A stretch of DNA of 64,000 bases from Cyanophora paradoxa CCMP329 (GCA_004431415.1 QPMI01000395.1:620001-684000), one strand, 5' to 3'. Positions 25,501 through 36,051 are shown, counted from the first letter of the stretch. The notes: generated from the sequence alone by a model not told the origin. Numbers and translations: made by a program.

Positions 25501-25903
25501 CCCCCATGACCTCAATTAAATGTGGTCGAGTGAGTGTAATATTGCTTGTGATGCTCTGCGAATATTTAACAGGATCCCATTCGACGACAGCTGTCAGTGG
25601 GATGGGGCGGGCTTTATTGATTTCGTGCTGAAAGGTTCGCACTGTGGGGAAATTGCTGCCAAAGAATGCAACAGGCGAGCCCCCATGATAGATAACGAGG
25701 GCTGAGTTATCAGTGCCATAGGTAAAAGGGAGATTGCTGGTGATATCGATATATTGAAGGTTGCTCTGATTTAATAGAAAGTCTTTTACCACAAGGTTCG
25801 AAGATATGGTCACATTGGAAGCGGTAATGTTACTGCTGAGCTCGAAACCGTCATCCAAATACAAGGTTTCCCGAGTGATAAAGGGGAGATTCGTGATACT
25901 CAT
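22577..25903 (-). CDS. Large fibre-like protein (~1,108 codons) with lectin-like modules, a Pro-rich stalk and a C-terminal TM helix; split by one in-frame TGA at 24629-24631
   Basis: ORFs 24629-25903 and 22577-24607 are in the same frame and the junction reads LDLGANS*RWNTVYSLNANTCNI. Two F..PF/PT...N(V/I)T.TGF modules; TM segment LVLLILLPILGALGLVLAY followed by KFRALCCAC. Confidence 0.7.
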
Positions 25904-25921
25904 TTGTAATATAAGATTATT

Positions 25922-26892
25922 TTAACCCGATAGCACCTCTAATATAAAGCTGTGATTAACGCCATTAAAGTTGACTACATTATTGTAGGCGTCGAGCCAT
26001 TTAATTGTGAGGGTGTCTATGTCATAAGCCTGATCGTGGGAATTAAAGAACTCCACAGTATCGATTCTGCGGAATGTCAGGTAGTAAACAAACGATCCCA
26101 AGGGGCTGGTTAGTGGGATCTTAGCGAGGTTTGCATTTCCGCCCTCATCTGTCTTTGCTGCTACCATATACCTGTCGTAAAAGGGAGTAAACTCTTTAAT
26201 TTGTAGGTAAACATAGGGGGTCGGATTTAGATTAATCGCATTTGGGAAGGTCACTGCATGTTCGAGAGGGAATGGAAGCACAGATATTCCGGCGGGGTAT
26301 TTTGTTTTGCCCTCATAGGCTTGTAGAAATGAGTATTTTGGATTGCTGGGTGTGAGGGGTAAATAGTCTACCGTGAGATGCTCTGAACCCTCACCAACTG
26401 GAATTGTTTGATACATATCCCTTTGATCATTCCATGGAACCTTGCAAAGTCGTCATGTGCACAGCTCAGTGCGAGGGGAATGCTCGAATAAAACGTAATT
26501 TTCATAGTCGCTGGATTATAGAGCCACTTGTAGTAGACTGTGACGCTTTCGCTTGTGAGAGGGTTTACATCGACAAAGCTGCCCGAGTAGCCTAAGTTCT
26601 TATTACCATATCCCAAATCGCGGGGTGTAGTTCCCAATATCAGGGAAAGGGAAAAGGTGATGCTGTTCGTCATTCCCTGTATGGTCACGCCTCTGGAATT
26701 ATCGGTGACAGCATAAATCGTGTTTGGGAGCTCGGCGCTCGCAATGCGCACCCCTTTTACGTTCAGAAGTCGCTGAGAAAGCTTTACTGTATATTCTCCC
26801 GGGTGCCCTGCACTGCGCTCAATAGAATCGATATTAACATTGACCCTCGTAAACTTGCCATTATAGAAATCGTTAACTGGCTTCCGAATCAT
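25922..26892 (-). CDS. Minor capsid (penton-like) protein 1, split by a 1-nt frameshift near 26420
   Basis: N-part NIDSIERS...EYTVKLSQRLLNVKGVRIASAELPNTIY and C-part LAKIPL...IDTLTIKWLDAYNNVVNFNGVNHSFILEV are the two conserved ends of PLV/NCLDV pentons. 971 nt + 1 = 324 codons. Confidence 0.8.
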
Positions 26893-26919
26893 TTTTATTT
26901 CCTATTAATAAAGAATAAA

Positions 26920-28206
26920 ATGCGCGAGTATCTCAGCATCAGTAGCCGTGATCGATCAGAGGGCTCGGCTCATTCCTATAAGGTGACCCTTCCAAAGCAA
27001 TACCACAATGTGAAGAGCATCGCTGTGCGACAGATCGAATTTTCCAACACGATTCCGACGGTTCCAAGCCCTCAATTCTATACTGAAATCGGGGAGACGA
27101 AAGCCGATGATGCTAATACAATTTTCATATCATTTCCTTACCGATTTTCGAGTGGACAGCTCAATGGTGCCACTCAGGAAATCAGAGATTCACAGGCAAC
27201 TGCAATATATGACGCTTACAAAGCCATAGATGCTGGCGACCAAGGCAACTATATACCGCCTGATTACCTAAACACTTTCAGAAGATATACCCGATACAGA
27301 GACGTAGCAATTACGATCCCTCCGGGCACATACTCGACTGGAACCGACCTTGCCACTGCAATCGATAACATCTTAACGAAAAATGGAACTGGCAACTACA
27401 TCAAGGATATGATCGACACAAAAATTAATCCAAGCTACGCATCGACAGGGGGAACCTTTTACCCGGTGGTGCGATGTCGTTTTGAGAGCACATTAAATGC
27501 CATATGCTTTTATTCGAGTGATTATGTCTACATAGCTTTCACGAAATATGGTCCGAGTAATGCCACTGGGTCTACTGCGAATGAAAGAAAGGTGCTCGCC
27601 TATCGCACGATGACTCTTCTCGGGTTTACATCGATCAGAGAGAATATAATGATAGATCAATACAACGGATCGGGCTACACAGCCTTCGCTGGGAGCGGTG
27701 TCGTTTACTCAGCTGGTGATGCATTCCGCAATTATAATTCGACGGCTCTGGTCTTAGGCATAGCCGGAGGCACTGCCCCTGATTATACACCGGATAATGC
27801 AATAGTTTTAAAGATCACAGAGCCGGACTGCTCGCTTTTTACGACATGCACCGAGGCTACTAATGGATTCCTCGCTAAGATCCCGATTTCGAAAGGCACA
27901 GCCTATGCGGATGCTGAGCTAATTAATTATGGGGCGGATGCTTTCACGAAATACTTTAACACCCGCCTTTCGTTTGATAGTTTAACCGTTCAAATTCTCA
28001 CGGAGAGCGGTTATAGGTATTTCCTCGGAAGCTGTGAGCACACATTCATTTTGGAAATTACTATGGGAGTGGATGAGCCCGACGACGATTTACAGCGCAT
28101 TGTTAATAAGGGATTCGCGAAAATGCTATATGAGGACTACCCGCATTGCGGCAATTTAACGAATGCGTTGAGCGGGGTGGCTGTAAAAAATAATCCGTTC
28201 TTCTAA
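26920..28206 (+). CDS. Minor capsid (penton-like) protein 2 with a large central insertion, 428 aa
   Basis: ATG at 26920; LSISSRDR...YKVTLPKQYHNVKSIAVRQIEFSNT and FLAKIPI...FDSLTVQILTESG...EHTFILEI. Confidence 0.8.
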   Translation: MREYLSISSRDRSEGSAHSYKVTLPKQYHNVKSIAVRQIEFSNTIPTVPSPQFYTEIGETKADDANTIFISFPYRFSSGQLNGATQEIRDSQATAIYDAYKAIDAGDQGNYIPPDYLNTFRRYTRYRDVAITIPPGTYSTGTDLATAIDNILTKNGTGNYIKDMIDTKINPSYASTGGTFYPVVRCRFESTLNAICFYSSDYVYIAFTKYGPSNATGSTANERKVLAYRTMTLLGFTSIRENIMIDQYNGSGYTAFAGSGVVYSAGDAFRNYNSTALVLGIAGGTAPDYTPDNAIVLKITEPDCSLFTTCTEATNGFLAKIPISKGTAYADAELINYGADAFTKYFNTRLSFDSLTVQILTESGYRYFLGSCEHTFILEITMGVDEPDDDLQRIVNKGFAKMLYEDYPHCGNLTNALSGVAVKNNPFF

Positions 28207-28239
28207 AATAAATTTCTCAGCGGAAGATAAAAACGAAAT

Positions 28240-29687
28240 ATGGATCCCACGACCTCGCTTAGCCGCCTCACGCTCAAATCCGTCCTCGAAACCCCGGAGG
28301 ATTACAAGAGCATGCTTTTGGATCGCGGATTTATTGTTGGTGTCGACAAGCAATTCAAGCCTTCTCGTGTTGAGGTGCTCCCAATTGCGGATCCCGGCAA
28401 TCTGTTCTCCTCTACTGGTGCTACCACTCGTGTGGTCTTCTATCTCCCTCGCTACAATTGGTGCAATGGTATTAGCCTCCAAGTTACCATCCCATCGGCG
28501 AAGGCGCTGACTGCCATCGCCAAGACCTCTGCTGACTGCTCGGCTGATCTATTCAATACTGGATTCGTCCGCGGGCTTCCTGGCTCGTTTGTTCAGCGAG
28601 TCAGCATTAAATACGGGTCGTATGAGCAAATTATTCCGGCTGAGCGACTGGTAGATTACGCTTTCCTGGCTAACACTCCGGCTGAATTCGACCAAAAGAA
28701 GCGCAAGCATGGGCTGCATCTCGGACCGAAGGTAGAGGGCGGCAACCAAGCTGGCGGCATTTTTACCATGCGAATTCCGAGTTTCCTCGATGCTGGCGTG
28801 CCATCGGTGCGCTCCCATCCGAAATCGCGGTCGAAGTATATTTCCAAACCCCTGCGCTTCTCGAAACTGCGGCGGTTCCTGGCGTTTACGCTCAGAATAA
28901 CACGACTGCAATTACTGCTGCCAATTCGACTGATGGCGAGACGACGCTTGCTGTTGCGGCTGCTTTCGGAAATATTAAGACCTTAGCCCACCCTAATGCC
29001 ACTGCGATTTTCGATAGTGCGGCTCTCACACCTACACCTGCTCTTGCGAATCTGGAAATGACGACCCCTCGTCTTATTATGGATGCTGTTAACATCGATG
29101 AGGAAACGATGGGCGAAATCATTACTCGTGTTAAGACCTCTGGCATCGCCATCCCATACACTGATATTCAGTTTGCGGATTATACCGGTCAAGCTCTCGG
29201 CTCCGGTCTCCGCCTGTCGCTATCTCAAATTTCTGGGCTTGTTTACGCACTTGTTGTCAAGGTTCGCGACGAAAACACACTCGGCGATAATAAAGGAGGG
29301 CACTCTACTGTCCGCACCCTTGCCTACGATGATAATGTCGTTATGCAAGTCCTAAACAACAACAATTACTTATATTCTAACACTGGTGTCCCGCTGCAAT
29401 CTGCGGCTATGGAGCTCGCCGATAAATTCAAGATGACCAACTGGATCGATAGCAACAAGCGCCCCATTTACACTGGCTTCTGCTTTGCCCTCGATGGTAA
29501 AGCGGCGCTCAAAGGTGAGAAGGCGACTGGCTACGTCGATCTAACACAATCCGCGTCGAGCTTCCTGCTCCTCACACCCAATGGCACACCCCTCGCCACC
29601 TGGACAAAGGTCGGTGTTCAGATCTCGGCTTATTGCCACAATATTCTTGTGATGAATGCCAATGGATTGTCAAAAATTTCAGCCTAG
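28240..29687 (+). CDS. Major capsid protein (probable double jelly-roll), split by a 1-nt frameshift at ~28802
   Basis: Restoring one base in GTG CC ATC GGT gives RIPSFLDAGVPIGALPSEIAVEVYF..., open through to the 29058-29687 ORF (~482 aa). Beta-rich (VVFYLPR, FVQRVSIKYGS) and located between the penton and the packaging ATPase. Confidence 0.75.
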
Positions 29688-29814
29688 TTTGCATAGAGAA
29701 TCAGAAACTGGATTCATTTTTACAATATCTTTCAAATATATGAAAGTGCGAGCCTTCAAAAAATGACAAAAGCATTTAAAGGTTAATTCACTACAAGGAT
29801 ATTAAGAGATCACA

Positions 29815-30762
29815 ATGGTTCCCGCACTCACACAGGAACAGTTTATTTCGCGCTCGAAAGAGAGATATCCTAATAAATTCGGATATGAGAGAACAAGCTA
29901 TAAAACGTATTGTTTAGATAAAGTCACTCTTCTTTGCCTCACATGCAATGAAGAATTCAGTATCCTTCCGTCTAATCATCTTAAAAAGGGAGGCTTAGGC
30001 GGTTGTTTAAAGTGCCGAAATGACCTGCAACAGAAAGAACGAGCTGTTCCCCAACATATTTTCCTTGAAAAAGCTCGGTCAGTTCATGGAGACAAATATG
30101 AATACGACCTTACAGGATACGTAAATTGTAGATCTAAAATATCTGTGACCTGCAAAGAGTGCAAGCAAGTATTTGTAAAAGCGGCTTTCTGTATAACTAG
30201 GGGCGATGGATGCACACATTGTAGTTTCAAAACCAAATGTGCAAAACGGACCAAGCCACAGGAGGTCTTCATAGCACAGGTGAAAGAGATACATGGGGAC
30301 AAGTATGATTACTCACAGACCATCTACAAAAACAAACGGACAAACGTCGTAATTAAATGTAACAAGTGCTTGACAGAGTTTACGTGTGCACCAAGCAATC
30401 ACCTGGGAGGGACAGGCTGCATCCGTTGTAGATTTTCGAAAGGTGAAGCTGCTGTCGAAAGTGCTCTAACGGATCTTGACATCCAATTCAAACGACAGCA
30501 TCGATTTTCTAATTGTAGGCATAAATACACTCTACCTTTTGACTTCTATATACCATCACTGAAAATCGCGATTGAATATGATGGTAGACAGCACTTTGCA
30601 TCTGATAAGTTCTTTGGAGGTGAGAAGGAATTTGAAGAGCGCAAGATTCGTGATGGTATTAAAAATCGCTACTGTGAAGCTAATGGTATCAAACTACTTC
30701 GTATTCCCTACACTGAAAAAGATATTAAAGGATGCATTGAGCGCTTCTTTGCAAGCCTTTGA
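29815..30762 (+). CDS. Putative homing-type endonuclease: CxxC repeats plus a C-terminal PD-(D/E)xK/Vsr-like domain, 315 aa
   Basis: Three F(I/L)...(H/Y)(G/P).K(Y/F).Y...Y......V...CxxC...F......H..G.GCxxC repeats, then SKGE...LPFDFYIP..KIAIEYDGRQH...RD..KN.YC..NGI.LLRIPY. Confidence 0.85.
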   Translation: MVPALTQEQFISRSKERYPNKFGYERTSYKTYCLDKVTLLCLTCNEEFSILPSNHLKKGGLGGCLKCRNDLQQKERAVPQHIFLEKARSVHGDKYEYDLTGYVNCRSKISVTCKECKQVFVKAAFCITRGDGCTHCSFKTKCAKRTKPQEVFIAQVKEIHGDKYDYSQTIYKNKRTNVVIKCNKCLTEFTCAPSNHLGGTGCIRCRFSKGEAAVESALTDLDIQFKRQHRFSNCRHKYTLPFDFYIPSLKIAIEYDGRQHFASDKFFGGEKEFEERKIRDGIKNRYCEANGIKLLRIPYTEKDIKGCIERFFASL

Positions 30763-30823
30763 AGCCCCTGAGGAATGAGGGACTGTCACCTTTCCTTATT
30801 TTTATATCTTTCTAATAAGGGAA

Positions 30824-31588
30824 ATGGATATACAAGATCTGAGTGAGTTTGACCCGGCAAGTCTTTCATTCCCTTGCCGTTTACTTGCTGTCGGAAAAAC
30901 GGGAGTAGGTAAGTCAGTATTCTTAAAATACCTGCTTTACCACAACGAGGACAAGATAGATTCGGTGATGATATTCGCTTCCACGATCTGGAACCATCAA
31001 TATGACAATGTCACATCGTATTTGTATGAGGATTTCGATCATAAGCTGATCGACAATATAATACAGAAACGCAAGGAGCGAATCAAGAAAAAGGAGAAAG
31101 TCGGCAACCTGTTAATCATACTCGATGATTTCATTGACAATCCAAGTCTTTCGATGTCAGGAAGAGGTGAACCTATATTAAATCAGCTATTCACGTCGGG
31201 GCGCCATTTATTCATATCTGTGTGGATTCTGTCACAAAAACTCACTAAGATTTCGCCGACACTTAGGGTTAACTCCGAATATATCTTTCTATTCTCGCTG
31301 CCCAACAGAAAAGAGATGGAGAGTGCTGAGGACGAGTTTAATCCATACGAAAAGCATTGGTTTGAGAAGGTGATGAACGAATACAGTCACAGCTATCAGG
31401 TTATCTGCATTGACAACTCGAAATATAGCCTGGAATTCTCTGTGGGCAAGGCTGATCCGGTGCCTGACGAATATAAATTCAAGCGGTTCTTTAAAAAAGC
31501 GGTGGAAGAGATAAAGCCCGCTGGTAAACAGCCGGTAAAACAGAGCTCCACAGAGGTAAATGGCGACCAACCCCAACCACCGATATAA
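30824..31588 (+). CDS. A32-like (FtsK/HerA family) genome-packaging ATPase, 254 aa
   Basis: Walker A GKTGVGKS, Walker B LLIILDD, FTSGRH and LSQ...ISPTLRVNS motifs. Confidence 0.93.
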   Translation: MDIQDLSEFDPASLSFPCRLLAVGKTGVGKSVFLKYLLYHNEDKIDSVMIFASTIWNHQYDNVTSYLYEDFDHKLIDNIIQKRKERIKKKEKVGNLLIILDDFIDNPSLSMSGRGEPILNQLFTSGRHLFISVWILSQKLTKISPTLRVNSEYIFLFSLPNRKEMESAEDEFNPYEKHWFEKVMNEYSHSYQVICIDNSKYSLEFSVGKADPVPDEYKFKRFFKKAVEEIKPAGKQPVKQSSTEVNGDQPQPPI

Positions 31589-31756
31589 CGAAACCTGTGA
31601 GTGGAAACGTCGCCACCTTAAAGCGATCCACCAAAAGAATAATCGAAGCCGACCTACTTAAAGACCCAATCTATTGCTGGCATACCAAGAAAAGCGCCGC
31701 CCAAAATTTGCAAAGAAATTGGGTAAATTTTGAATAAATTTCTCGCATAATGATAA

Positions 31757-32428
31757 ATGCCACCCAAGAACTCGCGGAAAGCTATCCAAATGGAAGATCA
31801 AAGCGCTGTTGTCGCTGGCAAGATTAATCCTGCGGAGGATGCCGGTCGCACTGGCGGTGCTGCCGCTTCTGACCAAATAGATTTCGATCTGATTGACCCG
31901 AATACAAAGGTTTCAGAGCGTGCTCAAAAGGTGGATGCTAAGCGGGAGCCGGTCGATTCCACTGATAGAAAGCTGGCGGATCAATCCCTCGCCGAATCAC
32001 AGCTCACAGGCGAAAAGCTAACCGATAATAAGGTGGTAAAAGCCGAAGCAACAGCCGCTTTACCTGCATCGATGGAAGCCCCTAAAAAGCGGGCATCTGT
32101 CTATGTGACCAAGGGCGAGAAAGTCGGTCAGGAATTAGAGGAGAAGTTTAGGGCTCTGGAAGCGCGTTTAGCTACATACGACACTACTGTGCGAGCCTTT
32201 GATGATTTCACTAAGGACTATAAACAGCGCAAATTAATTAAGCAAGCTGTTCGAGTGGAGATGGAAAAGAAGCGGGCAACTGTTCCCGATGTTCAGACAG
32301 TCGAAAGAAAAGAGACAGTCATAGCTGAAAATGCACCAAAGCCGGGCGGTTTCGTTAACCCATCGGGTGTGCATGCACAGCCGGGTGCCAATCTGTCATC
32401 TATGTTCGGTGGGCGTCGTCGCTTCTAA
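31757..32428 (+). CDS. Hypothetical charged or coiled-coil viral protein, 223 aa
   Basis: Long ATG-initiated ORF preceded by the shared upstream motif; no recognisable domain. Confidence 0.75.
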   Translation: MPPKNSRKAIQMEDQSAVVAGKINPAEDAGRTGGAAASDQIDFDLIDPNTKVSERAQKVDAKREPVDSTDRKLADQSLAESQLTGEKLTDNKVVKAEATAALPASMEAPKKRASVYVTKGEKVGQELEEKFRALEARLATYDTTVRAFDDFTKDYKQRKLIKQAVRVEMEKKRATVPDVQTVERKETVIAENAPKPGGFVNPSGVHAQPGANLSSMFGGRRRF

Positions 32429-32628
32429 TGTGCAAGTCGTTCAAACATAAATGAATCCGCCCGTATTTAGAGCGGGTCTTAATATGAATTCCCTTGCAAA
32501 AGGGACAGGTCGGCTCCACAAACACCATTATAAGGTCGACTAATTCGTATGGGAACAGGCGAGCAATTAACACCCTCATTCCCTTTTCTTTTCTCCAATA
32601 TTTAATACGTTGTGCAATATTAGGGTCG

Positions 32629-32976
32629 ATGAATTTCATCACACAATGCATTGAGATGTTTCACCTGCATTTCACAAGCACGTGCCACAACTCCTGCTGC
32701 GACACAACCGTAGAGGTTGACATTTCTGACGAGGATAATGGAGGAAGGCGATTATCTGTATATTCCAACCACAGCGATAATCACGATCGTCCCCGATCTC
32801 GATCGCCCTCGCCTGTGCCCGCTGACTCCAATATAATCCCACAGGTAGCAATAGAAGACGTGCAAGTATCCTATATAAGACGCCGGTCGTGCCCTAATTT
32901 CGTAGAAGGTCATATTCGCGTTGATTCGCCATATCCGCCAATTAATCCGCTTTATTTGGGCGAATACGATCGCTGA
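32629..32976 (+). CDS. Hypothetical protein (Cys cluster TSTCHNSCC, RSRSPSP tract), 115 aa
   Basis: ATG at 32629 within ORF 32494-32976; co-oriented with its neighbours. Confidence 0.5.
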   Translation: MNFITQCIEMFHLHFTSTCHNSCCDTTVEVDISDEDNGGRRLSVYSNHSDNHDRPRSRSPSPVPADSNIIPQVAIEDVQVSYIRRRSCPNFVEGHIRVDSPYPPINPLYLGEYDR

Positions 32977-33003
32977 AACAATTTTCGCGGTAAATAGTAT
33001 CGA

Positions 33004-33189
33004 ATGCCCGACCCTGATCTCTACGCGATCCTATACAGGAAACGCGCGCAATATGCACTGGAAGCCGCTATTAAAAAACGTAGAGAAGAGCTCGCTTTGG
33101 TCACAAAAAATGACAGCTCAGAAAATGATTTAAAGAAGAAACAGGAAAGACCACTGATAAAAATATTTTCTCAGCTTAAAGTAAGGTAA
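33004..33189 (+). CDS. Hypothetical small basic protein
   Basis: ATG-initiated 61-aa ORF; its 3' half overlaps the promoter-like cassette of the next gene. Confidence 0.35.
   Translation: MPDPDLYAILYRKRAQYALEAAIKKRREELALVTKNDSSENDLKKKQERPLIKIFSQLKVR
33122..33185 (+). promoter_or_regulatory. Bipartite promoter-like cassette AAAATGATTTAAAG...AAAATATTTTCTCAGCTTAAAGTAA
   Basis: A near-identical cassette lies at 40609-40673; each ends 8-9 nt before an ATG. Confidence 0.65.
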
Positions 33190-33193
33190 ACCA

Positions 33194-33415
33194 ATGGAGA
33201 CGCATGCTATGACTGTGTATGATAAGAACGGGAACCCGGTAGATCTCGATAAGGCGGGCTGGCGTGTCAGGGATATATATAAACAGCGGATGCGCTATAA
33301 CGACGATCCCGAATATCGCGAATTAAAAAAGAAAAAGGCGCTAGAATATTACTACCGTCGCAAGCAAGAAGAGGGCATCCATAGTGGAAACCGCGGGCGA
33401 CCCCGCAAGTATTAA
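33194..33415 (+). CDS. Small basic putative DNA-binding protein with a C-terminal AT-hook, 73 aa
   Basis: Ends RGRPRKY; basic helix YRELKKKKALEYYYRRK. Confidence 0.65.
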   Translation: METHAMTVYDKNGNPVDLDKAGWRVRDIYKQRMRYNDDPEYRELKKKKALEYYYRRKQEEGIHSGNRGRPRKY

Positions 33416-33597
33416 ACGCAATCCGCCGCTGAATCCATTCCTTATTTTTCAAGCGGCTTTCCGATGCATATCGGCAAGCTCCCTAATCGGTTTTAGTCAT
33501 CGGGAAAAAATTTGTAGGGCATTTAAAGACAACTCGCCAAAATTTGATCAGCCTAAGAAAAATTAATTTCTTGCATTAAGGTAGAAAGACATCGAAA

Positions 33598-36012
33598 ATG
33601 GCGAAGATGACGTTGAAACAAAAGACTTTACTCCAAGAGCTCGCTGACTGGCTGCGTGGCGATGAGACCTTGTCGAAAAACACGATTATTCCCATGAAAG
33701 ACGAGGTTAAAAAGCCCGCCTACACCCATAAAGGCGGTGTTTGGAACTGGGGAAGATACGACGAAGCCTTTGCTTCCAACGAGTTCACTAATTGGGGCAT
33801 TCTGCTGTCGAATTCGATGATGGTCGTTGATTTCGACGATGAGGAAACGTATCAGAAATTCGTTGAGATGTTTCCCGATGATTTCGATGCCCATCAGCCA
33901 CTCGAAAAAACTCGAAAGGGCTACCATGTATTCTTTCGACGCCCTGATGAGTTCGATAAGCTGAAAATCATAGATCGGGCACCGGCGTTTAATGGATACA
34001 AGAAGGTCGACCTCAAAACCATCACTGGCACTGGCACCTCTGGAATTCTCAATGTATGCCCAAGCCCTAACAAGACCTGGGTAATTAAGCCGTGGGCATC
34101 GTCGTGCAAGTTTAATGAGCCCTCCGACGCTTTCCGTAAATGGATTATCGAGAACTACGATTACAAGCATGTCTATAATCCACAGCCGAAAGCGGGAAAT
34201 TCAGGCAAGGATAATACCGAAGCTGCTATTATTGCCGGACTGTGTGGCATGGGGTTCCTATTCCCAAACATCTATGCACGACGCGATGAGGGCTTTGACT
34301 TCAATTCGGCTAACAAGGGGTTCCTGTGCCCCTGCTGCGATGAATCCCACGATTCCAATAACTGGTGGGTGAAGAAAAAGCGAGATGGCAATTATAACGA
34401 GTATATTGTGAAGAGTTATAGCGAGAACTGCGAGCCGAAAGAGTTCTCTGTTAACATAGAGCTGACCGAGGAAGAGAAGCACCATTTAGAAATTAATACT
34501 CTCATTGACAAGACCGTTTCAGTTGAAGGCGCCCATTATCCTGTTGCAATTATCTGCGCCAAGATCCTGAAAGCGACCACGAAATATTCAAATAACGTCT
34601 GGTTTAACCTTAACTCCAAAAATGGTATTTGGAAGTATGATAAAACGGACAAGTCCATACTCTCTAAGATACCTGAGCACATTGCACCATGGTTTTCTAG
34701 AAGGGCGGGACATCATCTTTCCAATGCTCTCAGGGCGAGTGGAGACGACCTTGTGAAGGAAAAGGCTGAGAAGAGCGCCAATATGTTGCTGGCAATTCAC
34801 AAGAGGATTCAGAATACACCGTATCAAAAGTCGCTGGAACCGCATATTATCACACAGCTGCAAGACGATGACTTTATGGCGACTCTGGACACAGTTCCCA
34901 ATATTGTGGGGTTTACTAATGGCGTGTTTGATCTAAATAATATGACTTTCCGCAAGGGGACGACGGAAGATATGGTGAGCAAGACTGTCGGCTTTGATTA
35001 CTGCGAGGAAGTTGATGAGGCAAAGGTTAAAAGGCTGAAAGACATTTATTTGGATATCTGTGGCGGAGATATGGAACTCTACAATTACCTGATCAGCCTC
35101 TATGCATATGCACTCACAGGTAAAACCGACCTGCAAACGTTCTATCTATTCACAGGTGTCGGTGCTAATGGAAAGAGTGTGATTGAAACGTTTATGCAAG
35201 AGACATTCGGTGATTATGCTCGCCCGATTAGCATTACTTTGCTCACACAAGTCCACAAAGCAAATAGCCCGATTCCCGAGCTTGCTAATAAGCAAGGTGT
35301 CCGGCTTACCCATGCAAACGAGCCTAATGATGGCGACAAGCTTCTATGCGGTATGATGAAGACACTGACAGGTGGCGAGCTCTGCACAGCCCGAGGACTT
35401 TTCAAGGATCCTATTGATTTCAAGCCTCGGTTTACTATGGTGATCCTGTGCAACAATAATCTGGAAATCGAAAAGCCCGACAAAGCTATTAAGCGTCGGT
35501 TCAGATCGATCCCATTCCGCTCTGTTTACTCACCTAATCCCAAAGCCGGAGAGAAGAAAGCGGACGAAACCCTCATGGAAATGTTTGAGGGCGACGAGAA
35601 AAATGAATACAAGCGGGCAAATATTCAGATTCTCATCGATATGCTCGCTACTGGCAAGGTAAAAGAGATCCTGCAAAACCCGCCGCAATCTGTCATCGAG
35701 CATAGCGCCAAATACCTCGACGACAGCGATAAGCTGGGTTCCTATCTGCGCGAAAACTACAAACCATCAGATGAGAAGGGCGCCCATGTTGCCTGCGATG
35801 AGGTATTCAAAGCTTGCGCGGAAATGATGCGAAGCTACGATATCAAGACAAAGGTTACCACTCGCACTATCAGTAACAAAGTGCTCGAAACATTCAAGAT
35901 TGAATCGACTGTGACTACAATTAAAGGGAAGTCGAAGCGAGTTTATAAGGGGCTCACTAAGATCGCCAAGACACAGTTCGAAGACGAAGATGAGGACGAT
36001 ATTGAAGCATAA
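33598..36012 (+). CDS. D5-like primase-helicase (prim-pol AEP + Zn module + D5_N + SF3 helicase + probable C-terminal winged helix), 804 aa
   Basis: WGILL..MMVVDFDD and TRKGYHVFF (prim-pol), CPCC...H...C, GFTNGVFDL (D5_N), Walker A GVGANGKS, ANEP, KTLTGGE..ARGLF, LCNN, AIKRRFRSIPF. Confidence 0.93.
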   Translation: MAKMTLKQKTLLQELADWLRGDETLSKNTIIPMKDEVKKPAYTHKGGVWNWGRYDEAFASNEFTNWGILLSNSMMVVDFDDEETYQKFVEMFPDDFDAHQPLEKTRKGYHVFFRRPDEFDKLKIIDRAPAFNGYKKVDLKTITGTGTSGILNVCPSPNKTWVIKPWASSCKFNEPSDAFRKWIIENYDYKHVYNPQPKAGNSGKDNTEAAIIAGLCGMGFLFPNIYARRDEGFDFNSANKGFLCPCCDESHDSNNWWVKKKRDGNYNEYIVKSYSENCEPKEFSVNIELTEEEKHHLEINTLIDKTVSVEGAHYPVAIICAKILKATTKYSNNVWFNLNSKNGIWKYDKTDKSILSKIPEHIAPWFSRRAGHHLSNALRASGDDLVKEKAEKSANMLLAIHKRIQNTPYQKSLEPHIITQLQDDDFMATLDTVPNIVGFTNGVFDLNNMTFRKGTTEDMVSKTVGFDYCEEVDEAKVKRLKDIYLDICGGDMELYNYLISLYAYALTGKTDLQTFYLFTGVGANGKSVIETFMQETFGDYARPISITLLTQVHKANSPIPELANKQGVRLTHANEPNDGDKLLCGMMKTLTGGELCTARGLFKDPIDFKPRFTMVILCNNNLEIEKPDKAIKRRFRSIPFRSVYSPNPKAGEKKADETLMEMFEGDEKNEYKRANIQILIDMLATGKVKEILQNPPQSVIEHSAKYLDDSDKLGSYLRENYKPSDEKGAHVACDEVFKACAEMMRSYDIKTKVTTRTISNKVLETFKIESTVTTIKGKSKRVYKGLTKIAKTQFEDEDEDDIEA

Positions 36013-36051
36013 GCGACACGGAAACAATTAATAACTACATCATTTTTTAGT

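Noticed and set aside
26400-26440. Programmed -1 frameshift in penton 1 (and in MCP at ~28802)
   Set aside because: There is no in-frame X XXY YYZ slippery heptamer at either site, and a truncated jelly-roll would be non-functional. Mutation or sequencing error is more likely.
26803-26919. Upstream extension of the 467-aa ORF
   Set aside because: It overlaps the divergent penton gene, and the conserved penton N-terminus starts at ATG 26920.
32400-32651. Minus-strand 83-aa ORF with CPFC
   Set aside because: It is short, opposite to the surrounding gene block and overlaps neighbours. It cannot be supported or excluded without homology data.
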